Shown: positions 54,934 to 64,000 of the stretch, piece after piece
Layout of the letters: every line of letters begins with the position of its first letter
How positions within the stretch are numbered: the first letter of the stretch is position 1
From: Eledone cirrhosa
Taxonomy: Eukaryota
Length of the DNA stretch: 64,000 nucleotides
Direction of reading: 5' to 3'
Assembly: GCA_964016885.1 (NCBI GenBank)
Contig: OZ024740.1
Location: 385,578,001 to 385,642,000 of the forward strand
Made by a program: the position numbers and the translations under genes
Notes under the pieces: model-generated
Told to the model about the DNA's origin: nothing
The model's database searches: none
What the model saw: the letters and a program-made list of their open reading frames with translations, nothing else

Positions 54934-55292
54934 ATTAATAAAAACAATGAAATAAAAACAAAGAACAAGTTCTTTATATTAAAAAATTCATCATTTTACG
55001 ATCGTTTCTAGGATGTATATGTGTGTTGGTATGTATATCATATAGGTCTATGTAAAAATATTACAAATTATCAGAGGAAATATACATACCTTCACATATA
55101 CATGCTGTCTTCTGAAGACAGCATGTATATGTGAAGGTATGTATATTTCCTCTGATAATTTGTAATATTTTTACATAGACCTATATGATATACATACCAA
55201 CACACATATACATCCTAGAAACGATCGTAAAATGATGAATTTTTTAATATAAAGAACCTGTTCTTTGTTTTTATTTCATTGTTTTTATTAAT
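54934..55292. repeat. Near-perfect palindrome, 179-bp arms with a 1-nt loop
   Basis: Apex gtcttc-t-gaagac at 55113; one mismatch seen between the arms. Confidence 0.95.
55112..55235 (+). ncRNA. Hammerhead-like motif with a long stem II (family 4)
   Basis: CTGAAGA-c-agcatgtatatgtg..ggtatgtatat...atatacatacc..cacatatacatcct-a-GAAA-C GATC-GTA. Confidence 0.55.
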
Positions 55293-57099
55293 TTATCTTG
55301 ACTCTGTTTTCCTATGATTTTCATCGAAAATTTTTGAATGCATCTTTTCTTTTCATGATATTTGGATTACATTGAGTTCTTCATACGGATTGGACACTAC
55401 CATATATTTTGGTAGATTTATCTACATATATATAAATATATATAAATATATATATATATGGTGGCTGCCAACTCGTTTTCGAGTACGGCCACTACCTTAT
55501 ATCCATGTAAGAGAACCCCTTTTTCCCATTACTACCTTATATCAATGTAAGATAACCCCTTTTTTCCCATTACCCACTCTACTACCCTAAGTATTGAGTA
55601 CTCTGGTGCGTTATGGTTCCTTACCACACTTCCTTCGTTATATATATATATATATTTATGCAGACAGACAGACAAGCAGATGGATATCGATATAATTATT
55701 TTACACACACACACACATACATATATATATATACATGACTGTGTGTGTGTGTTTATATATATGAATACAAACGTACCTACTTCTACTCCCAGTGGTTTGT
55801 GTGTGTCTCCAAAGCTCAAGTGAAGCTCACAATGGAAATTGCTTCAAAACTTAGGATAAGATGTTGCAGCACACATCCAAAAGGGGGCCACCTAACAGAT
55901 TATTACAGTCAGTCAGTCATCAATACACTTCAATCTATATCCCATGCAAGAAGTGTCTACTTACTCAACCTCTTCTACCATCACATACACTAATCTCTCT
56001 TTCTCACATTACCCATTCTTCCAGGTCTCTCCCTAGCCACATTGCTCACTCCTTGTTTCTTAGCATATATCACTTCTAGAATATTCCTCCCAACCATGTT
56101 CTTCCTTCATTCAGTGATTTACAGATGTTCAAGATCAACATCAACAATATCATTTTCACCAGTCTTAGATAGCCTGTAAAGGGTAATGAGTGCATGTCCT
56201 GTCATTAAACTATATAATTTTTAAAAAATGATACATATTTATGTGTATATATATATCCATAAACATACATAAATATTGTTCCAACTTGAAGAATATTGCA
56301 AAACAAATACAAAAAAGAAATATATATAATGCCTGTCTTCCCCATACCTGTGGCTGGGTTGGATCAGTGGTTGGTTTACTGAATAATACTGGTTGGTGGT
56401 TGGTTTGAGAAATAAAGTGCAGGTTGGTGGTTGGTTTACCAATAATATGGATGGTATCTGAGGTGGAGTTTATATCTGGCTTGGGTTTGAGACTGGCTTT
56501 GATTTTCTGAGTGTGTTTTGCTTATGGGTTAGAACAATCGATATTCTTATTTGGAGAAGAAGAAGAAACAGAAAAAATGTGTGAGACAAAAGCATGTCTG
56601 TTTATTCAGCCATCTTTGGGACTACCAATGTGGCTCCAATTTCCATCCCACTGTGCTGCTTTGCAGACAAGTGTCTCCTATGATAGATAGGTTTCAACTA
56701 AAGCACTATAAGTGAAATGTGCCAAAACCTACCTAATATTTAGGATAATAGACACTTCTTTGAGAGATCTGCAGTTTTGTCCTGCCTATAGCATGTTGCT
56801 AGTATCTATGAGACACAATGAAATTTACAGCTCGCGTTTATAGCTGGCCTTCTTTTAGGTCCTATTATGAAAAGAAACATGAAATGGGGAATCTTGCTCA
56901 AGAACATGATCTGCCATATGGTCCAGGAATTGTTATTCCAACACCTTAACCACCAGGCCAAAACATTCACAGTCAACCAATCCTCCCATTAGTCCTATAA
57001 GAAATAACTAACAAGAAATCTTGTGGATGTGTATGTTCCTCAGGATCACCAGAAATCTGATTTGACTTGCTTTTATCTATACATCCCACACACACTCTC

Positions 57100-57197
<98 letters not shown>

Positions 57198-57198
57198 C

Positions 57199-57281
<83 letters not shown>

Positions 57282-57284
<3 letters not shown>

Positions 57285-57600
57285 CTCATGGCTTAGTGGT
57301 TAGAGCATTGGCCTTGCAATCGAAAGGTTGTGAGTTCAATTCTCAGACCGGGTGATGTGTTGTTTCCTTGAGCAAGGCACTTTATTTCACATTGCTCCAG
57401 TTTACTCACCTGTAAAAATGTCCCTATCATTCCACTGCAAAGTGGTCGTGGAGGTGCCATGGCAAAAAAAGCACCCAGCACTCACTGTAAAGGAGGTTGG
57501 TGTTAGGAAGGGCATCCAGCTGTAGAAAACATGCCAGAATCAGTTCCCATCCCACCCTTGCAAGCAGGGAAAAGTGGACATAAAATGAAATGATGATGAT
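57282..57600 (+). mobile_element. tRNA-derived SINE (A/B boxes, CORE-like middle, RTE-B 3' tail)
   Basis: tggcttagtgg, gagttcaattctc and ccttgagcaaggcacttta; the 3' part is shared with 34715-34865; (GAT)n tail. A further 3' part lies at 63893-64000. Confidence 0.88.
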
Positions 57601-59359
57601 ATATATACATACATACATAGACTGTCTATGGTAGGGCCAATAACATTGTTAGAACTCAATGAAGTCCAGAGATAATAATATATAAACAATAATACAATGA
57701 AGAGTTAAAACAAATCTCAACTTATTAAACTTATATATGTATGTATGTGTGTGTGCGTGAACACCATCTTCATTTAACATCTGCTAGTAGCAAAAGTAGA
57801 CATTAAATGATTATATATGTGTGATCATGAATTGAGGTAGTATAATTTTAGTTTATTTAAGAGTGATATTAAATCACTGAGGCTGTACAACTACTCAATT
57901 GGTAGTTGGTGTTAAGATTTTATGTTTATGTGAATGAAACAAACAATACTACCTTACTAAGACAGTTATTATTTCTTGGTGATATATAAAGTAATCACTT
58001 CATTCCTGTGTCCCTTCCTAGTTGCTATATATCAGAACCAAATTGTAATGTCAACAACTGCTATATATAGAGAGTAACAAAACAAGTAACTGTCTTAAAA
58101 GTTCAACAGTGGTGGGTGGGTGAACAGTCACCAAAATATCTTGATGTCTTGCCAGGTAACTTGTGATAAATATCCTATATCGTCTTCATGTCATGTATTT
58201 GTAGTCCATTTTTCCTGTTTGATTAAGTATATTTATGCACTAATGTGCACACACACACATAATGAACACGGATGACATATGAAGACTGGAAAGAAGAGAG
58301 TCAAGCAAGCTACATTGGATATGTAATGTTAGTGTGTGTGAAAGATGAAGTATAAATGAACTGAGGAAAAAAATTGGATATAAGAGAAGTAACTGTAGAC
58401 GAAATGTAGAAGAAAGGAGACTGAGCTAGTATAGATATGTCATGTGTAATGTGGAGGACTGTTGGATAAAGAAATGCAAGCAGAAGGGGCCTGCAGAAGG
58501 GAACAGGTGATGATAGCTGATCTCAAATAGCTGAATCTCACAAAAATGTTGACAAAGGACTGTAAAAAGTGGTGGAACACTGTACTGGAGAAGACATGTC
58601 CAACCCATGCAAGCATGAGAAAAAACAGGCATAACATTATCATGATGATCATAGATAATGCATATTCAGTGTTGCTTTGTATTTATCACAAGGAATTATG
58701 TTCCATCTTGCAAGTGAGCTCAATGAAATTCTAAAGTGATACACACAAACCTACATAAATCCATACTTCCATATATATTCTTATATTTGTGTTAAATCTT
58801 CTGCATCCAATGCTTTTCATACCAACCAGTTTCTTATTTATTGTTGTTGTTTTATCATTAATTGATGTTGTTTTTCTTTGTTTTGTTTTTTTCCTCCTTA
58901 CTTATTCTTTTGTTATATCTATAGGGTATGTGAATTGGAGAAATAGATGAGTTTGAATGAAAAATCTTATTGAATTAGGTTTCGGATGAATGTCTGTCAG
59001 AAAACATTTTGACATTATATGATATACTACAATTGGTTGCAACATAGCACTCTACAATTGCTTACTTGCAGATTTCTGTAAAGCATTCATCAACTTCCTT
59101 TGCATTCTAAACCACTGATTTATTATGAAATACTTTAGTGTGAGATGTTACAGTCTGTTATTGTGTTTTGCTGATATTCTTCTGTTTTCTTTGTAAGTTC
59201 AGAAAAAAATTGTATTAAATTTATATTTAATGTTAGGTATGTCATTATAATTGCTACATGGTATTAGTAAAGGTTGTAAAGTACTTCATTAGAAACTTCA
59301 CTTATTTATCTCTGGGATTCTCAAAATTCACACATTTCTGAGTTCAAATCCTACTATAA

Positions 59360-59771
59360 TTAACCCTTTTGATACCATATTTCTAATGAAAGACATAGCA
59401 TATAATTTTGAAAATATTCAAGAATTTCCAGAGATTTAGTTATTATAACTTTCTCATTATTTAGTTAGTGTTTGGAAGAAAACTTATTAACCCTTTAGCA
59501 TTTCAACTGGCTGTATCCAGCCAGAATTCTCTCACTTCTTTCTGTTCAAACCAGTTGTAAACAGCTGCTCATACTGATGTTAAAGTATTGTTCTCAAAAT
59601 AAATAACATCAATTTCATAGATTCGATTTTATGTAAGATAAAGACTTTACTATGAAAATATAATAGTATTATGATAAAAGGTTTTTGAATAAATATAAAA
59701 AATTTAAAACAAAAATGTTTGTATCATAGAATCATGAGTTGTTTTAGTTGGTTTGGTATCAAAAATGTTAA
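59360..59771. mobile_element. TTAA MITE inserted in a SINE, with a nested second TTAA element
   Basis: The SINE motif gagttcaaatcc...TTAA|ctttag...catcc is split at its TTAA. A second ttaacccttt start lies at 59487. Confidence 0.65.
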
Positions 59772-60882
59772 CTTTAGCATCCATCCTTCTATGTTTGATT
59801 AAATGAGGACTAGTAAATCAAAACCTGTCAGTTCTGTATAAAAACCAGATCATGGTAGGCAAATTTTATTTGGTCTCTAATATTTGATTTACTTGTTAGT
59901 TTTGAACTGTTTTACTTCTACCATTGATGTCCATATTTTATCTCTTCAAGACTTCATTTGTAATTTAAAACTAAGTGTAGGTATTATGTATATTCTATTA
60001 CGTGTTGAGGCTGACAGACTTAGGCCATGCTGGAGCACTGCTATTATATTGATAAATTTTCTAGAAATGATGACTGTAGTCAATTATTTTATTTGCTATT
60101 GAAATTCTCAGTTACTTTTCACACAATAATTAGGTTTCATAACTAATTCAGAAATTAGAACTGACACTTTTGTGCAACTAATTAGGGAAATTTTGTTGCT
60201 ATTTCTTGCAGTTTGATCAACCACATTAACTCTTTAGCATTTACATTACTCTATATTTACTATTATATTTTCGCAGTAATGGCTTTACCTCATATAATTA
60301 TCTCATATAAAATACTGAATCTATGAGATTTTGATATTATTTATTTTATATACCGTAACATCAGTATGAGCAGCCACTTACAACCGGTTTGAACAGAAAG
60401 AGGTGAGAGAATTCTCTTGAGGCACCTTTGTTGACAATAAGGTTTAGAGTTTATTCTAGAATACAGCTGGTACTAATCTTACTGTTGTATGTGATAGTGG
60501 CTGTAATTGTGAGGTTATAATATACAACATAATTCACTAAGTCTAATACCCCATTTTCAAAGTTAAAGGATTTCAATCAACATACTAAATCTACCTAGGG
60601 TATTTACAGTGGTTTACAACAGCCAATATTTCTGCTATCATTTGAAGAATGTCCATCTATGTCTCTATAGACCTCTCTACTTCTTCCATTTGTCTAAATT
60701 CAACTATAGATTATTTTCATTGGCTTATCTGCTTGCGGTACTCTCACCATACATGCATTTGAGGTGTTCTCTGTACATATTATTGCACAATCTCACCACA
60801 GCAGTAGTATCAATAAGGATGATGAAAATGATAACTAAAATTGATTCTTTCTAACCCACACACTCACTTTACTTACATCCTA

Positions 60883-60918
<36 letters not shown>

Positions 60919-61771
60919 GCCACTACTACTACTACTACCACCACCACCACCGCCACAACTACTAACTACATTTCTCTCATAGTTTTATCACATATTCTTC
61001 TATATCCTATGTGCGTATGTTTATTGTTCTTCACATGACAGAATAAATAGATAAATAAATTCATCTTATATTTATTGATTTATGAAAACCACAATAAATA
61101 TTATGCAGCTGTCTTTCTACACAGAGAAAGGTTTCATCCTTTCAATCGCTCTGCTTGCACTGTAATCAAAATAGATATTTAAATATTACTTTTGTTAATC
61201 TTTTTTCCTTTCTCTCTCTCTCCATCTCTCTTTGCTTCTTTGTTTGATAAGTTTTGTCTGTCTTGCCCACGGTTAGTGTCTATAGTATAATGCATACTAT
61301 TAATATACAAACAGTATTTCTTGTCTTCCAGTCTAATTGTCCATTTGTAATGTTCACTTAAAGTTTCTTATATTCGACCCTTCCCTGAACTTCTCTTTCT
61401 GTCTCTCTCTCTACCATGCTTTTATTCTGTTATAGTTATCATCATTATTATTATTATTATTATGGTTATTATTGTTGTTATTGTTTTTATCTGGTTTGAC
61501 AAGTTGCTTAACTCACCAAAACAATGTTTTATTTTCTTTTCTTCTTTTCTTTCTGTTGACGTTTTTTTTGTGGAGGGGTTTATATGTTTGTTTTTAAATG
61601 TTCCAATGATGTTCTTCAGAACTTGTCTTTTAGGAAGACACACACTCACACAACTATTTACGGGTTTCTGTCCTATCAAGCTCTCCTGCTGATGTCTTCA
61701 GACTTCTATCCATTTTTATTCTTCCCTCCATCTCTCTCTCTCTCTCTCTCTCTCTTATATATATATATATA

Positions 61772-62875
61772 CTAGCAGCAGTACCCAGCGTTGCCTGGGT
61801 AGGTAAAATAATATCTGCTTTGATGAAAAGGTGTTGATCTTAGCGACTGCGAGTTTTTTGAAAATCGGTCGTAAGGTGTAGCAAATGGCGAAATGTTGAG
61901 TGAAATCGTATGGAATATGTGGGAGGTGGAAAAAATCGTATTTTGAAGAGTTAAACGGCTGCCACGCCGTCCCTGAACAAAAAATGCAACGTAAAGCTAC
62001 TATAAGATGTGCAATGATAGGTTCTATCGTAGTATAAAGGTTGAACCATATAAATTGATATATGTGTGAGGTGGAGCCAAAGTTTCGAATTTGAACGAAA
62101 TCGGTTGAAAAATGTGGGAGCTAATGATAGGTCGCCGTCCCTGATAAAAAAATGCAAAGTGTAAAGCTACTATAAGATGTGCAATGATAGATTCTATCGT
62201 AGTATAAAATTTGAACCAAATAAATTGATTTATGTGTGGGGTGGGCCCGAAGTTTCGAATTTGAACGAAATCGGTAGAAAAATGTGGGAGCTAGAGCCGA
62301 AAAGGTGGAAATTTGAGCGAAAAAGTGGTATTTTCGAATATTTAAGCGGCTGCCACGCCGTTCCTGAACAAAAATTCCAAAATGTAAAGCCACTTTAAGA
62401 CGTGAAATAATCAGATCTAGCGTAGTGTAAAATTTGAACAAAGTAGGTTGATTAAAGTGGGAGCTAGAGCCGAAAAAGTAGAAATTTGAGTCTAAAAGTG
62501 GTATTTTTGAATATTTAAGCGGCTGCCACGCTGTCCCTGAACAAGTCAAAAATATAAAGCCATTACAGGATGTGCAATGATAAATTCTATTTGTTTTAAA
62601 ATTTGAACGAAATCGGTGGCAAAATGTGGGAGCTAGAGCCAAAAATCTTATTTTTCGATACCTAAAAAAAGGTGACCCCCCCCCCCCCTATCGACTTTTA
62701 TCTGCAGATGGCCCCGGAATAAAAAAAAAAACGATACACTGATATATAGAAAACACTTCCCGATGACTAATCTATGAGCCTGTAAAGTTTCATGAAAATC
62801 GGTCGTAAGATGTAGGCCCCTATAGGTAATACACGCACACACACACACACGTACTTAATTTTATATATATACAGA
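61772..62875 (-). mobile_element. Non-autonomous Helitron with internal tandem repeats
   Basis: Minus strand reads A|TC...cccaggcaacgctggg hairpin, 8 nt, CTAG|T. About four imperfect 170-210-bp internal repeats span 61950-62640. Confidence 0.82.
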
Positions 62876-64000
62876 TATATATAATATAATTCTACATGTA
62901 GCTTGCATTGCAGGACATTCCCTTCATCAGTTATCCATTAGAGATCTTAATGATTTCACCTCCTCCCAGCTGTAAGCAGTATGCTCACTCCAGTGGTGCT
63001 AAACAACATTGATGCTACCAGAGAATGTCCAAGTTTGGCTCATGCTGTACCAAATGTTTCCCTTTTGTTATCCATGCAGCCACTACAAACAAGCTGAGTA
63101 TTACTACTATAACCATATCAATCCTTTTGGAACTATTTTGTTTATTCCTCTCTGGAGATTTGTTCTTTGTTCTGAGTATTATACTTTCTCCCAAATAATT
63201 CTGCTATATTTACAATGAAGTATTTTCTGATTCATTTCATTTTATGAGTCACTACTTTACTGTCCTTTCTAAGTCCTATACCAGCCAAGTAGGACATAAT
63301 AGATCTAGCTACAAATCCATACAATAGGGGAAAACCAGCCGTACACTGCCATGCTTAAAGCTGATATGATTTCTTAAATCCTTCACATTTTAGGCTTTGT
63401 CTTTCATGTGTCCACTGTATACTGCCTTACTAATGCAGTGTGAACTCAACAATCAGGAGTTTTGGGGTCAAACCAGACCATGCTATAAAAGGTCAGGGCA
63501 TTGCATCAGTATAGTAATATAGCTCAAGAATATGAATATTTTCTTGAAATCTACCTATCTCTTGTAGTCATTAGCATGATGTGAAGTCTACATACTGTTT
63601 TGGTGTCTTTAACTCTCTTGACCATTCTCACCCTCTTTGTAGAAGACAAGATGTATGTGTGTGTGTGTATGTATATATTTATGTATGTGTGTGTATGTAT
63701 ATATTTATGTATGTGTATGTATATATTTATGTATGTGTATGTATATATTTATGTATGTGTATGTATATATTTATGTATGTGTGTGTATACATTTATGTAT
63801 GTGTATACATTTATGTATGTGTGTGTATGTATATATTCATGTATATGTGTGTGTGTGTACGTATATATTAATTTATGTGCATATATATGCATGTGGACGT
63901 GTAGGTGCCACGGAAAAAAAAGCACCCAGCAATCACTGTAAATGTGGTTGATGTTAGGAAGGGCATCCAGCTGTAGAAATAAGCCAGAATCAGTTCCCAT

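Noticed and set aside
57285-57350. tRNA gene
   Set aside because: The A/B boxes run straight into a SINE body and LINE tail, and no full cloverleaf is evident.
62905-62932. Minus-strand CTGATGAAGGG as a hammerhead
   Set aside because: No GAAA or cleavage triplet follows the putative stem II.

Overview
This is an AT-rich eukaryotic window. The SINE, LINE and microsatellite repertoire suggests a cephalopod such as Octopus (inference). I recognise no host protein-coding gene, rRNA, tRNA gene or CRISPR array, and most predicted ORFs are translations of (TA)n, (CT)n or (CAT)n microsatellites. Positions ~4.6-20.2 kb form a nest of retroelements inside expanded (TA)n tracts: a Penelope-like element (RT plus GIY-YIG), a near full-length RTE LINE with a PHD-type finger inside the RT region, a CR1-type LINE and many short fragments. 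The main signal is a set of minimal type I hammerhead ribozyme (HHR) motifs from at least four Penelope-type terminal-repeat (pLTR) families. Most sit in long DNA palindromes that repeatedly show one arm with a ~40-60 nt tail and one arm stopping at an ATAT/TATA microhomology with the (TA)n target. One HHR lies in a 451-nt retrozyme-like unit. The rest of the window holds a DD37D (maT) transposon with TIRs, a CRE-clade fragment with a 40-bp tandem repeat, a non-autonomous Helitron, TTAA-MITEs, tRNA-derived SINEs and further RTE copies. All calls were made by eye; no searches or folding programs were run.
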